The position numbers and the translations under genes were made by a program. Shown piece by piece: positions 1-13,348 of a stretch of DNA of 64,000 nucleotides; the stretch's first letter is position 1, and every line of letters begins with the position of its first letter. This stretch comes from Macrostomum lignano (taxonomy: Eukaryota). Below the pieces are notes generated by a model that saw only the letters and a program-made list of their open reading frames with translations, made no database searches and had not been told where the DNA came from. Location: contig NIVC01002225.1 in NCBI GenBank assembly GCA_002269645.1, positions 48,279 through 112,278 of the forward strand. Reading direction: 5' to 3'.

Positions 1-407
1 AGAGGGTGAGAGGGAGAGAGGGAGAGAAGAGACGGGTTACAGAGAGATAGAAAAGCACAAATGCTAAGATGGGAAACCAGCAGACACATTGATGAGTGAC
101 AGACTGACATGCAGCTTGATACGATGAATTATTTAGCATTAGTAATAAGCAAATACATGTTCCTAAAAGCTCACCCGAGCAGTAACAAAGACAGTAATAG
201 ACAGGGAGATGCAGGACATCACAATAATGCAGATAGCATAGATTGTGTACTCCTCAATTAGCCACAGGGTGACGCTGAACAGTTGAAAAATGTAAAACGG
301 ATGCAGTCCCTGTGGTATTAGAAAAATGAGATTATTTGCCTATATTTCTACTCTAAGTAGAGAAATTAAAACAGTAAAATTTTATCAAAAGATTCAAAAT
401 GACTCGC

Positions 408-3400
408 CTGCACAACCAGAAGCTTCCAGATCGGGGTCAGTGGGATGTGCACCCGATTCTCGCCGTACTTGACAAACTCTAGATTGGCCTCAGCCTCATC
501 CAGGCCCGTTGACTCGTGAAAGAATTCGCAGGATGTGTTAATGAACACGCTGGAGTTAAATAATTGTTAAAAGATTTCTACGAATATAGATAGCTACTAT
601 ACATAACTACAGAGAAAAAATAGACACAAACGCACTCATTTCTTTTGAATCTTTGCTCATAAGATTGCCAGACATATTTGATCTTCTTGTGCATGAAGTA
701 CCTGAATGTTGACTCGACCTTCAGTGTGGGAAGGTAGATAATTTCTAATTAAAATGTGCATTTCAGTGAGAATTTTAGCATTTATATCTCATTTTAATTG
801 CTGAATAGTTTTAGATTTACGACGATTTTTACCAATTCGCCGGAAATTTAATCCGCAGAATAGCCGCCTGCGGTGGCGAGTTGGTAAGAAAAGGGAGAGA
901 GGGGGAGGTAAGAGAGAGACAAGAAAGAGATCGAGGTGGGAAGAAAAGGGTTGAGAGGGACAGGGAATAAAATGGAGAGGGGTGAGATGGGGAGAAGTGA
1001 GAGGGGGAGGGTGAGATGGGGAGAGGTGAGAGGGAGAGGGTGATATGGCGAGGGGTGAGAGAGTGGTGAGATGGGGAGAGGTGACAGAGAGAGAGAGAGA
1101 GTGGTGAGATGGGGAGGGGTGATAGAGAGAGTGGTGAGATGGGGATCGGGGTGATAGAAAGTGGTGAGATGAGTAGGGGTGAGAGGGAGAGGGTGAGATG
1201 GGGAGGGGTGAGAGTAGTGAGATGGGGAGGGGTGAGAGTAGTGAGATGGGGAGGGGTGAGAGTAGTGAGATGGGGAGGGGCAAGAGGGAGGGTTGAGATA
1301 AGGAGGGGTGAGAGAGAGTGGTGAGATGGGGAGGGTGGGAGGGAGAGGGTGAGATGGGGAGGGGTGAGAGTAGTGAGATGGGGAGGGGCAAGAGGGAGGG
1401 TTGAGATGGGGAGAGGTGAGAGAGAGTGGTGAAAGGGGGAAAATGGGGAAGGCAAGAGGGAGGGCTGAGATGGGGAGGGGCAAGAGGGAGGGCTGAGATG
1501 GGGAGGGGCAAGAGGGAGGGCTGAGATGGGGAGGGGCAAGAGGGAGGGCTGAGATGGGGAGGGGCAAGAGGGAGGGTTGAGATAAGGAGGGGTGATAGAG
1601 AGTGGTGAGATGAGTAGGGGTGAGAGGGAGAGTGGTGAGATGGGGAGGGTGGGAGGGAGAGGGTGAGATGGGGAGGGGCAAGAGGGAGGGCTGAGATGGG
1701 GAGGGGCAAGAGGGAGGGCTGAGATGGGGAGGGGCAAGAGGGAGGGTTGAGATAAGGAGGGGTGATAGAGAGTGGTGAGATGAGTAGGGGTGAGAGGGAG
1801 AGTGGTGAGATGGGGAGGGTGGGAGGGAGAGGGTGAGATGGGAGGGGCAAGAGGGAGGGTTGAGATGGGGAGAGGTGAGAGAGTGTGGTGAAATGGGGAG
1901 AAATGGGGAAGGCAAGAGAGAGGGCTGAGATTGGGAGGGGCAAGAGGGAGGGCTGAGATGGGGAGGGGCAAGAGGGAGGGCTGAGATGGGGAGGGACAAG
2001 AGGTTGAGATGGGGAAGGGCAAGAGGGAGGGCTGAGATGGGGAGGGCAAGAGAGAGGGCTGAGATTGGGAGGGGCAAGAGGGAGGGCTGAGATGGGGAGG
2101 GCAAGAGGGAGGGCTGAGATGGGGAGGGGCAAGAGGGAAGGGCAAAAATGGGGAGGGTGAGAAAGAGGTGTGGGAGAGAGAGGCGATGAGAGGGAGAGTG
2201 GATGAAAGGGAGAGTGGATGAGAGGGAGAGTGGATGAAAGGGAGAGTGGATGAGAGGGAGAGTGGATGAAAGGGAGAGTGGATGAGAGGGAGAGTGGATG
2301 AAAGGGAGAGTGGATGAGAGGGAGAGTGGATGAGAGGGAGAGTGGATGAGAGGGAGAGTGGATGAAAGGGAGAGTGGATGAGAGGGAGAGTGGATGAAAG
2401 GGAGAGTGGATGAGAGGGAGAGTGGATGAAAGGGAGAGTGGATGAGAGGGAGAGTGGATGAGAGGGAGAGTGGATGAGAGGGAGAGTGGATGAGAGGGAG
2501 AGTGGATGAAAGGGAGAGTGGATGAGAGGGAGAGTGGATGAAAAGGAGAGTGGATGAGAGGGAGAGTGGATGAGAGGGAGAGTGGATGAGACGGAGAGTG
2601 GATGAAAGGGAGAGTGGATGAGAGGGAGAGTGGATGAGAGGGAGAGTGGATGAAAGGGAGAGTGGATGAGACGGAGAGTGGATGAAAGGGAGAGTGGATG
2701 AGAGGGAGAGTGGATGAGAGGGAGAGTGGATGAGAGTGAAGATAAAAGCGTGACAAGGGTGAAAGAGAAGATGGGGTAAAGCAGAGCTAGTGGAGCAAAA
2801 GTGCAATTGTGCAGTTCGTACAAATACTGTACACTGTAAGTGCACAGGAAAGAGGACAAATCTCAGATGGTGAGTTTTTGGCATTACAGTATCAAATCAA
2901 TTAAGATGCAAAATTTAGAATCGAAAACCGTCAACCTAGAGCATTGACAGAGCGATTGACTTCATCAGCTCACTACGCCGCAAATGTGACAATAGTCACT
3001 CGTAAACATAATTTCCAGTTGTTTGGACTCATTTATTGCTACTATGCAAGCGAGCGCACGAGGTGAGAGCGTGTTAGCACTGTAGTTCGTGTATACTCGC
3101 TAAAGTTAACCGAGAAAATCTATAGAGAAAATATAGAGAATAATTCCAACCAGAGCATATAGCAAACAAGCTCATCTAAGGCAGCAGTTCATCGGTCAAT
3201 GCCTTACCTTTCTTCCTATTCTCTCTCTCTCTCCAAATGTCTGTCAGTTACGTTAAGAACACAAGCGTACGAGAACACTGTGCCTATTGTTAGTGGGTGT
3301 ACATGCTGCAGTCCAGTCTAAGCTCGTGCCCTGCTGTACAGCAGGGGTTGGAAAACAGTTTCTCACCCCAAGGGCCAGATACGAGCGTGGTAGTCAAGAA

Positions 3401-3443
3401 TCAATCCAGCTCATTGCTGCAGGCTAAATGAGAGCAAGAGGGA

Positions 3444-3492
<49 letters not shown>

Positions 3493-6071
3493 AATAGGAA
3501 TGAGAGAAGACAGGAGAGGCGAGAGGAAGATAAGAGGAGAAATGAGATGAGAGATAAGGTGAGAGAAAAAATTAGAGGAGAGAAAGGAGATAAGAGGAGA
3601 GAAGAGAAAAGGGCTAAGAAAACACACTGAGCAACATGTTAAATTTTCCACCCCAAAACCGGAGGTCAGCTTTTACTCAGATCTCAGCCCCAAGTGACGT
3701 CACTTTAACACGTTGCTGAGCGGGCCGGAGTTGCCGAACCCTATGCTGTAGATATACGAGTATTCCTATTTTTGACTATGGTCTGAAGTCATATGCATGG
3801 GAAAGACAAAAACAATTCTTGAGGCAGCTATGCATTCATCACGAGTATTTTTATAACTATAGCGACTGTAGTTAACTGTTGTTGAAGAAGGCTAGGCTAT
3901 TCAAGAAACACACAATAGTTAAAAAAGGTACTCACGGGGACTCCAGGACAGGAGCTGCTGTATAGGACAGCTGTAGAGCGCTGTAAAGTTTTGAGTGTTG
4001 TGTGGAGATGTAAATAGTCGACTGGACTTTTGGGTACATTATACTGAAATTATTATCTATGAGATTGAGACTCCTGTCTCACGAGACCAGGATTATAATC
4101 TACGAGACTGGGACTCTAAGCAGCAATCCAAGCGAAAAAAATTCAATGTGGCGCAAAGCATTCGGCTGCATCGTCTCACAACCAGCAAAGTGCTGACGGC
4201 AATTCCGCACATTTCGCCGACTGCTGAGCACATGCAAGCGCGCCAATCACACAGTGCACATCACACCTAAAGAGCTCACAGCATTGTCCAGACTAGTTGA
4301 AGATGCAGCAGCAGCAGCAGCAGCAGAGTCGCCATCAACACACGGTGACTTGGTTGAACATCTGGCCGAATGAAGTCGGACATTTTTGTCCGTTTTTGAG
4401 CCTGCAATACCGGACTTTCTCAGCCTGATGGGGAAGGGCAACGATTCGTGTGAACGGCTATTCTAAAAGAGCGCATGTTCTTTCTGTTCTATAATAATTC
4501 TAGCCTGTATATGTTCTATGATCCTAGTCTATAGACGTGCTATGATCCTAGTCTATAGACGTGCTATGATCCTGGTCTATAGACGTTCTATGATCCTGGT
4601 CTATAGACGTGCTATGATCCTGGTCTATAGACGTGCTATGATTCTAGTCTATAGACGTGCTATGATCTTGGTCTATAGACGTGCTATGATCCTGGTCTAT
4701 AGACGCTCTATGATCCTGGACGTTCTATGATCCTGGTCTATAGACGTTCTATGATCCTGGTCTATACACGTTCTATGATCCTGGTCTGTAGACGTTCTAT
4801 GATCCTGGTCTATAGACGTTCTATGATCCTGGTCTATGATCCTGGTCTATAGCTGTTCTATGATCCTGGTTTATAGACGTTCTATGATCCTGGTCTATAG
4901 ACGTTCTATGATCCTGGTCTATAGACGTTCTATGATCCTGGTCTATGATCCTGGTCTATAGCTGTTCTATGATCCTGGTTTATAGACGTTCTATGATCCT
5001 GGTCTATAGACGTTCTATGATCCTGGTCTATAGATGTCTTCTGAACCTGCTCAGCGAATAGTCCTTGCTTTAATTTAAATTTTTCACATTTTTCTGCTTC
5101 GATGCTAATCCACTCAAAAAACTTACTTAATGCCCGCTGTGCTGACAATCACAACATCTTCCACAAACAGCTGCTTGTACTGGTCCTGAAATTTTAAGTG
5201 CAAAATCAAATTTTTATGGCATGCGTGGATTGCATGCAATTTTGTTGTGTTGCGTGTTGAGTGCAAGAAATTGAGCAATCCTAATTAACATAAAATATTT
5301 AAATGTAATAATTATTATGCTCCAGTTCAGGTGACTTCGTGGTCACTAGTCATACATGGTTTCTAGAACACAAAATGCTAATCTCATGACCCAATTAAGA
5401 ATGAATTCTCAATCTAGCATGAACACTGGCTTTAATTGGTTTAAATCATAATATTTGCAAGAGGGCTATGAGGAAATTCTGTCCATTCTGTTGACTCCTG
5501 ATCGCATAAAATTGCATGAATACTGTATGCAGATATGCACTCATACACACCCTCACACAGTGGCATTGACTTTCAAATGATCAGGCATATATAAACTCTC
5601 TGTATCTTAGGAATTCGTTCTGAACTTAGACTACAAAGATTCAAAGAACCAGGTACATTCTGAGTGAAAAAATCAATAAACAAAATCAAGCAATTAGTTT
5701 TAGTAACTAAAAATGACTGCAAACTTTGCATTAAATATGAAAAATCAACTTTACATATTCAACTTTGAACTTCAACTTACTCTAACTAGAATGCTGTCAG
5801 CTTCATGCAGGGCACATGGAACTTGAGTACATTTTATATGCAGACGTGGCAGCCAAAAGAAGAGCAGTCGTAGCAGAAATAGTGTGCAACCATAGCCAAT
5901 ATAGGTGAGCACTGTTTTTACTGTGCTCTTCTTATAGCCAATTATTTTCTAAAACAGTAAGACAAAAATATAATAAGTTCAATTAAAATATAATAGCAAA
6001 AAATATATTTGTGCACTTACAGACTCATCATCTTCTCCTTTATTAATTGTGTCCTCCAAGATGCTTATCAT
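408..6071 (-). CDS. P5B-type cation/polyamine-transporting ATPase (ATP13A2/3-like), 5' exons; gene continues off the left edge
   Basis: Exons reconstructed by eye with consistent splice phases: 6071-6021 (MISILEDTINKGEDDES), 5948-5781 (KIIGYKKS...LRLLFFWLPRLHIKCTQVPCALHEADSILVR), 5185-5127 (DQYKQLFVEDVV), 718-636 (FRYFMHKKIKYVW), 549-408 (TGLDEAEA...YGENRVHIPLTPIWKLLV). These match N-terminal motifs I recall for ATP13A3-type proteins (INxGxEDE, IxGY, W-x-P, RYF-x-HKK-x-x-Y-x-W, GL...YGxN). Exon(s) between 5127 and 718 are unresolved; candidate 45-nt exon near 3936-3980. Confidence 0.85.
895..2740 (+). repeat. Purine-rich intronic minisatellite complex (GGTGAGATGGGGAGGG-type units, then 16-bp GAGAGGGAGAGTGGAT units)
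   Basis: Tandem repeats visible directly; they explain the Pro/Ser/Leu/His ORFs at 789-2884. Confidence 0.95.
3435..3490 (+). repeat. (GA)n microsatellite
   Basis: Seen directly. Confidence 0.95.
4510..5035 (+). repeat. 24-bp tandem repeat (CTATGATCCTGGTCTATAGACGTT) in an ATP13A intron
   Basis: Period 24 (ATG at 4518, 4542, ...). Confidence 0.95.
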
Positions 6072-6755
6072 TTACAAAATAGTTTCTTTGAATTCTGCAG
6101 CATAATTTGAATTTTAGATGAATATATTCTTAATCTTAAACAATTAAATGGAATAGAAAAATCTAGAATAAAAATATCAATAAAAAACAGAATATTGATA
6201 TATATACCAAAAACAAAATCATATGGTTTTAATAGTATTTACCAATTGATACTATTATGACATCATATGATATAAAAAAGATAAGCCTAGATGTGTAGCA
6301 TCTTTTTACAATTACTTTTTATTATTTATTTACTAATTATAACAATATTTTAATTATGGTAAAATATGTTCTGCTATTTTACCTGTCTCATTAAATGATT
6401 ATATCATTGTATTATTTTCTGTAATAATAGATTAAGTAAATTTAATAACAATTTCTGGGTGTTAAGTGTCTAAGATTTTATACTTAATACACAACTACAA
6501 TTATGCGAAGTCAAAAGCTTTAAAACTACTGATATTTGATAACCAATTCTTGTTCTGTCACTTAGTACATGCAAATGAAGCCATAATAAAAATGCTTAGT
6601 CTCAAATCATCGAAAGTAAAAAGAGAAAGAATAAACTAAATGTATTACGAAAATTTCGACAAACAGAAGCCTAAAATTCCTGATCTATACATCTAAATCA
6701 GTAAATCTGGTCCAGCGTCACGTTAAAGATCAAGTAGTTTCAAGCGTCACGTTGC

Positions 6756-6971
6756 TGTTTTCAAATTATCGTGGTTAAGCATAAACTAATCTACTTTTAC
6801 GTACTTAAACAATTTTATAGACTAAAACTTTCAACTTTCACTATAAAAGTGATTTACATGAAAACATATTGTAGCAAAAATTATTATGTACTTTATCGAT
6901 TCAATATCTATTCAAAAATATATCTCTGACTGGGCACTGAACTTCAAGCCAGGCTCGTGATTTAGTCCAGT
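6756..6971 (+). repeat. ~216-bp direct repeat, copy 1 (copy 2 at 12448-12664), flanking the Gypsy fragment
   Basis: The two copies differ at only about 4-5 positions by visual alignment. Confidence 0.9.
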
Positions 6972-7620
6972 TGCGACGAATAAAGCGGAAGACTTTGTGT
7001 AGCGGATAATTGGGATTAATCTACGATCCAGCAGATCAGCAGCCGATTTTATCCTTAGCGTGAATTTGCAGATTTAGTATATTTGGTTTGGTACTTAATT
7101 TGATGCGCCTAGCAAGGGCCGGTCAGGATTCAGTTGATTGGTGGGTGGGCTGAGGCAGGCGGTAGAGGGTTAAGGTGAAGAGGCCAGACAGCTAAGGGAC
7201 CAGCAAGCTTAGAGCGAGAAGCGAAGCGACGAAGCAAATGGAGAGAGCGGCCGCTGACTGCAAGTGTATTTTTATAATTGGTGAGTAAACAAGATAACAA
7301 CAAGCTTAATCCAAAAACCAGACAAACCCCACTCAGGCGAAATGTACATGTACAAATTAATCGATAAATATATCATACAAGAATAACATACGTCAGTACA
7401 TGTACATAGGTAGGACTACTTTACGATAAATTATAACGATATGAATGAAATACAAATAATAGAATAAATACATAAGAGGCTACAAAAAACAAAGCAATTA
7501 ACAGTAAAAAAAGCGCGATAATAATACGTACAAATATTGTTAAAATAAATGAAAGAATACGGTATGCATATGAAAATAAAGAAATACGATACACGCGATT
7601 CTACGAATCACACTGTCACA
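6972..7620 (-). mobile_element. 3' LTR (~649 bp) of the Ty3/Gypsy element
   Basis: Minus-strand termini TGTGAC...GTCGCA (TG..CA with a short inverted repeat), immediately preceded by a polypurine tract AGAGGGGCGGG (7631-7621); TATAAAAA-like box near 7275 on the minus strand. Confidence 0.75.
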
Positions 7621-8708
7621 CCCGCCCCTCTACTAAAAAATACTGAAAAACGAAAAACAGAAAATACGAATATATCGAACAGCGATGAAGAATTATTAAC
7701 AAAAAACTTATTTCGAAAATACCGAACAAAATAATTTACATGCGAGTTCAATTACTGGTATTGTTGGCATCAGTTATTCGGATGAAAATATTGAAAAATA
7801 CACAAAGCATTGGAACGAACAGGAATTAAAACAGATATTTGTCAAAGAAGTGCTTCTCGCATTTCAAAATATTGAACGATATTTGGTGCAACGAGTTAGA
7901 GCCGAATTAAAGTACTCACAATGATTAATTATAGGAAATATCAAAGGTGTCGCAAACCAACTCAAAACACTACAAAGCAAATCACGAGACGCAAAACCGG
8001 CACAGGCACACCCTATGACTAAGAGAACACACCAAAGCGAGACGAAACAGGGCGCACCTAGCAACCTAGAAACACCAAGCAAACGGAGCACGAGAGAAAC
8101 GGGAAAAGAATTCGAGCAAGCCCGGAGGCGAGCTCAGGTCCGCGCACAAACACGAACCCAGCCGGGGACCGATCAAAAACGACCGCAAAGGGCACGCCGA
8201 TCAACGGCGCCGGAACCGACCTCGGAACCAGACGAACAGAGACCCTATGGTGCTCTGCACAGCCACACAGGCTTGACAACGGCGGCAGAAAACGCGCTAA
8301 AGACCGACAAGCGCTACTTAAGTACAGACGACACGCGATTGAATGACGATGCAAATTAACTAAACTCTAGGGCCGTAAACTACATGTATGAACTGATGAT
8401 GTATGAACTCTGTACTTTGTTATCTTGGAACAACCCTGTTTATTTTATTTTTTGTGACAATTATATTAGTTTTTATGCGTTTTTAAAGGAATATTTTCTG
8501 AATATTAATTTTACCCGGTCCGAGCGAGTTGCGATCGATTTTTATTAATTAAATAGCTGTGCTAGAAAATTTCGAAAACGTGCCGGTTTGGTAACAATCC
8601 TTCCGGATCTAGTCGTCTGTGTCGATTGAGGCAAGGAAATGGCGTCAATCTGTTCTTGTGGAGCGACAGCTTCCATCGTGGTCTCACTGTCAGGATCCTC
8701 GATGGCTT

Positions 8709-11700
8709 CTACCGGCATACCGGCTTCCCCCTAACGGGACTGTCTTCAGCCGGAGCTTGCTCCTCGGTGACATCTTCTGCCGCCTCCTCCAACAGATCGC
8801 CATTTTCATCGAACACAGCTCTGCCACTCTGTTTACCGTTCGAAACCTCGTGCGGATCACCTTCATCGATTACTCCCGCCTCTCCTTCCAAGGGCTCCAT
8901 CGGCGGGGGTGGCACTGCAACTGGCAGGTCGGGAGTGGCAACTGTGGTAACCTGCTGGGACTCATCCACAAGCGCTGATGACGCACTTTCTGATACCTGG
9001 AGCGGTTGAGTCGCAGCACTTTGATTGGAACCGTTGATGGAGCACGAAGACAACCAGGTAGACTGGTCGTCTCCTCGCAAGCCTACTCTTGACGACGGCA
9101 TTCTGGCTGGCATGCGAGTCCCGTACCTGTCCACAACATCTTCATAAGTCTGTTTGCGCACACAGCGCTTCATCCGATCGACATTGTACACATTGTGAGA
9201 CGGGTTGGGAATGCGCTCCAAAGGATTTATTCTAGCGAATTCTGGAATGAGTCTGTAATTCCTCTCCGAAATCTTTTGCACCACCTTGTATGGTCCAAAC
9301 CAGACAGCACTGTCGAGGCCACGATGGTCGGCGTTGAGGACCCATACAAGATCGCCTATCTCGAAGTTAGAGTTCAGCGCGCTGCGGTCATAGTAGCGCT
9401 TTTGGCGCTCTTGGGCCTTTCCACGGGCATGGCGCGCAGCCGCTGATACCTCCACGAGCGTCTGGTGCAGATAATGTGCATACAGTTCAGGTCTGTACCT
9501 ATCTTGAACTGGTGGATTATGAACGAGATCCAGTGGCAGATTTAGCTCGTGTCCAAAGAAGATCTTTGCGGGAGAAAATCCAGTGGATTCGGCGACTGTT
9601 GCCCGAATCGAGAGAGCTGCTAGCCGGGCTGCAAGAGGCCAATCGAACTGCCGATCCAAGCAAATAGCACGAATCTGACCTTTAACTGTCTGTATCATTC
9701 GCTCAACCTTCCCGTTCGCTTGTGGACGTCGTGCTGTGACACGCGCCATGTCCACCTCGAGAAGTCGAGTGAGCTCAGATACGGTGCTGTTGACAAAGGC
9801 TGTACCGTTGTCCGAGACTATCTGTTCCATGCACCCGTATCTCGCGATCCATTCGGTCAGGATATTGACTGCAGTCGTTTACGCTGAGACATCGGCTACG
9901 GGAATGACCTCTACAAAACCCGAAAATCGGTCAACCATCACGAGCAAGTACCTATATCCTGCTTGCTCGGGAAACGGACCAGCGTGATCAACGTGGACCA
10001 CCTGGCCCGGGTAGCCCGAGAGTTCGGGCTGCAGCGGGGCTTTATGCTTCAGTTTTGACTTTTTTGTTCTGGCGCAGACGTCACACTCAGCTATGATTCC
10101 CTTGACATAAGTTTCTAGGTCGGCGATGGCGAAACGAGATCGAATAGCTGTCAGGGTTTTTGTGATGCCGCAGTGATTGAGCTGTCGGTGGTATTTTGAC
10201 ACCAACTCGACAACATCTGCGGTCTCTGGAATCACTAACAGCTTATTGACTGATTTTTTGTTCTTTTTCGGCTTAAGGTGATATAAGAGCCCATTTTCGA
10301 CTTTCAGTTCATCGAACAGCGACCACAAGATTCTAACTTCACGACTGCAACTCTGCAGGCTAGCCTTAGGAGGCTTTTCTGTACGGCCCTGCACGCAATC
10401 GATCAGCTGAGCGATGTCAACGCAAGTCTCTTGTGATTCACGTGCCCATTCTAGTTCCGGGTCAACTGACTCGACTGAGGATTCGCTGGATGCCGATTGT
10501 TCGACTTCAGCTACCCTGACTGCTAGTCGAGACGTTTCGATTGGCATTGTCGCTTCGACAGCGGCCTCTGTGACCGGAACTGTAGTGAAAAATGTGCACT
10601 GTGTTGATGTGTTGCTTGTGAATTTCTCGGTTTGACAGGCTGATGTTACTACTGTTTCGATATTGTGACAGCTCGTGACAGGCGAGTCTGTCTGGCAACA
10701 TACGTCCGCTACAGAGCATTGCACTGCGGCGTCAACTTGTTGCCTTCTGATGTTAACTGATGCTGACTTTTTAGCTTTCTCGCTTTTAAATTTCTCTTGA
10801 AATTCAGGTACCATGCTGCATGACGGACAGTCGAAGTGATCGGCACGAAAGCGAGGATTTCGGCTCAGCATATCTGCCGCCACATGGTCTTTCCCTGGCC
10901 GGTACTGGACCTCAAAGTCGTATTCTCCGACTCTTTCAAGAGCTGACTGTTCGATCTTGAATTCGTACAAATCTATGGTCGCGAGCCACTGCGCGAGCAT
11001 GCCTGTGGCATGTTTCTTAGAATGAAGCCACTGCAGGGCTGCGGCATCCACTCTGACTGTGAAAGGTCGATCTAACAGATACGTACGAAAGTGTTCTAGC
11101 ATGAGTACTAACCCTAGTAACTCGCGCATGGTTGCACAATAGTTCGACTGACTCTGTGAAAATTTCTTAGATGCGTACGCAACGACTTGTTCTGACCCAT
11201 CTGGGCCAATCTGAGATAGCACGCCGCCAACTCCTTCAAGTGAACTGTCGCAGTCGAGCACGAACCCACGACTGTCGGGAGACAAGTCCGGATACGCTAA
11301 TACCGGTGGGTTGCACAAACAGCGCTTGAGTTCTTGGAATGCGCGTTCGTGGCGTTCTAACCACACGAACTTTTCCGAACCTTTAGCCAGCGCGTACAGC
11401 GGCGTGGCAATAACTGAGAATCGTTGTACGAATTTCCTATAATAGTTGGCAAAGCCAAGAAACGCCATTAACTGTTTCTTGTCTTTCGGTCTACACCACT
11501 CTTGGACCGCTCGAGTCTTGGCTGGGTCGGCTTCGATACCGTTAGACGAGACTATGAACCCTAAGAACTTAACTCTGTCTTTAAATAGCTCACACTTCGC
11601 AGGTTTAATCTTCAGATTGGCCTTGCGAAGTTGCCAAAGCACCAGCGCTAGGTGCGCGATTATTTGGTCATTATTCTGTGCTTTTATTATTATATCATCG

Positions 11701-12447
11701 AGGTAAATTAGGCTAACTTTCATAAGCAATGGTTGAAATACCTTGTGCATTAATTTAGCGAAATTCGCTGGGGCTGTTTTGATTCCGAATGGTATTACTT
11801 TCCAACGAAACGTGCCCTGTGGACAAGAGAAAGCTGTAAAATCTCTGTCTTCTTCTTTGATTCCCACCTGCCAATAGGCAGAGGTTAAATCAAGGCTGCT
11901 GAACACCGAAGAACCAGCCAGGCTGTCAAACGACTCTTCAATTAATGGCAATGGAAAACTACACGGTCTAATTAACTTGTTTACAGCTCGGTAGTCAATA
12001 CATAGTCTCTGAGACCCATCTTTCTTCTTAACTAACACTATCGGTGATACCCAGTCTGAATCACACTCTTCAATTACATCCTGCTTAAGCAATAGACTAA
12101 TATGTTGATCTAAAAACTCCTTTTGAGCTGGAGTTGTTCTCCTCGAAGCGAGCAGAACCGGACGACTGTCCTTGTCAATCAGATCGATTGACATTTCATG
12201 TAGCTTTGTTCGACCGAGATCACTATCATCCTGCGAGATCTGGCTTAAAAAGTAATTAAGCATGCGCAAAGTTAGGGATAATTGATTTGGAGTCAGACTG
12301 GACTGGTCGAGTCGGAACTGTTTCACAAGCCATTCTGCTGTACCTTTTTCTGGTGGTGGTAATCTTGAAAGCTTACTATTGAGGAGATTGCAGTTGTCTA
12401 TGGAAAAATCCTTCTCAGACAGAGCAGTTGGTACTACAACTTCTCCA
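8709..12447 (-). pseudogene. pol: Ty3/Gypsy pol (RT-RNase H-integrase), 5'-truncated, with one in-frame nonsense codon in the integrase core
   Basis: RT (RLCIDYRAVN, FSSLDL, YLDD), RNase H (LDCDSS, ADMLSR), integrase HHCC finger, VHVDHAGPF core and GPY/F motif (WFGPYKV). ORFs 9879-12326 and 8709-9830 share one frame, separated by TAA at 9881-9879 (VSA*TTAVNILTEWIARYGC). The frame stays open to ~12447; no gag, protease or 5' LTR is present. Confidence 0.92.
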
Positions 12448-12664
12448 TGTTTTCAAATTATCGTGGTTAAGGATAAACTAATCAACTTTTACGTACTTAA
12501 ACAATTTTATAGACTAAAACTTTCAACTTTCACTATAAAAGTGATTTACATAAAAAACATATTGTAGCAAAAATTATTATGTACTTTATCGATTCAATAT
12601 CTATTCAAAAATATATCTCTGACTGGGCACTGAACTTAAAGCCAGGCTCGTGATTTAGTCCAGT
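12448..12664 (+). repeat. ~216-bp direct repeat, copy 2
   Basis: Matches 6756-6971 and abuts the truncated pol 5' end. Confidence 0.9.
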
Positions 12665-13348
12665 ACAACTGCAAAATTAGTTGTTCGTGAATGCACTGGT
12701 TTTAAGGTCTATGCTTATAAGTGTCAGTCCTATCATTATAAACTTAAACATGTTTTGCGTGAAAAACTTAGCAATTTTTCCGCTTACGTTCAGCTCGCCA
12801 ATGCCATGGCATCGATCTCATCTGATCCTACGTATTTTTGTGCACAAAATTGTGCCAAAAAGTTCGGTTGTGTCCAACAGTACTTTTAGAAATCTTTAGT
12901 ACATGTAGGCTTCACATGACGTACTTACATGATGTGCATGCGCATACTCTATAAATTTATATGTAAAAATATACGTTTATGTGCTTAGATTGCGCTTAAA
13001 TATATCCATATGCAGTTTAATAACTTCTACGCAGTAAAGTGAGTTTATTATTTAAAAACAGAAAAAAAATTGATACATGGTACGACTTTGCGGTAAATTT
13101 AATTAAACTTATATAATTAGTCCTTGCGCCACCAATGCGGCAAGCATTGAAGCAGTATATACATTTACATGTACATGTAAAACGTACATTATATTTAATG
13201 AACCTGCATGAACAGAAAGTGCCATTAATTTAACCCTAAAATTTAAGCTGCAAGAAGAATATATACTGTCCAACTGAACTCATGCATGTAGATCAGTGAC
13301 TGTTGAAAATGCTGAAATGCATGCAACTATATGCATACGTATATCTTA

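Noticed and set aside
789-2884. Three 655-678-aa Pro/Ser/Leu/His ORFs
   Set aside because: Stop-free translations of a purine/pyrimidine satellite in all three frames, inside an ATP13A intron.
8015-8359. 114-aa plus-strand ORF in the Gypsy 3' region (possible env or antisense gene)
   Set aside because: Short, no signal peptide or TM segment, no recognisable motif.
8575-8615. Alternative 3' LTR start (TGTTAC at 8596)
   Set aside because: The purine tract is weak; 7620 has a better PPT and an inverted match to the 6972 end.
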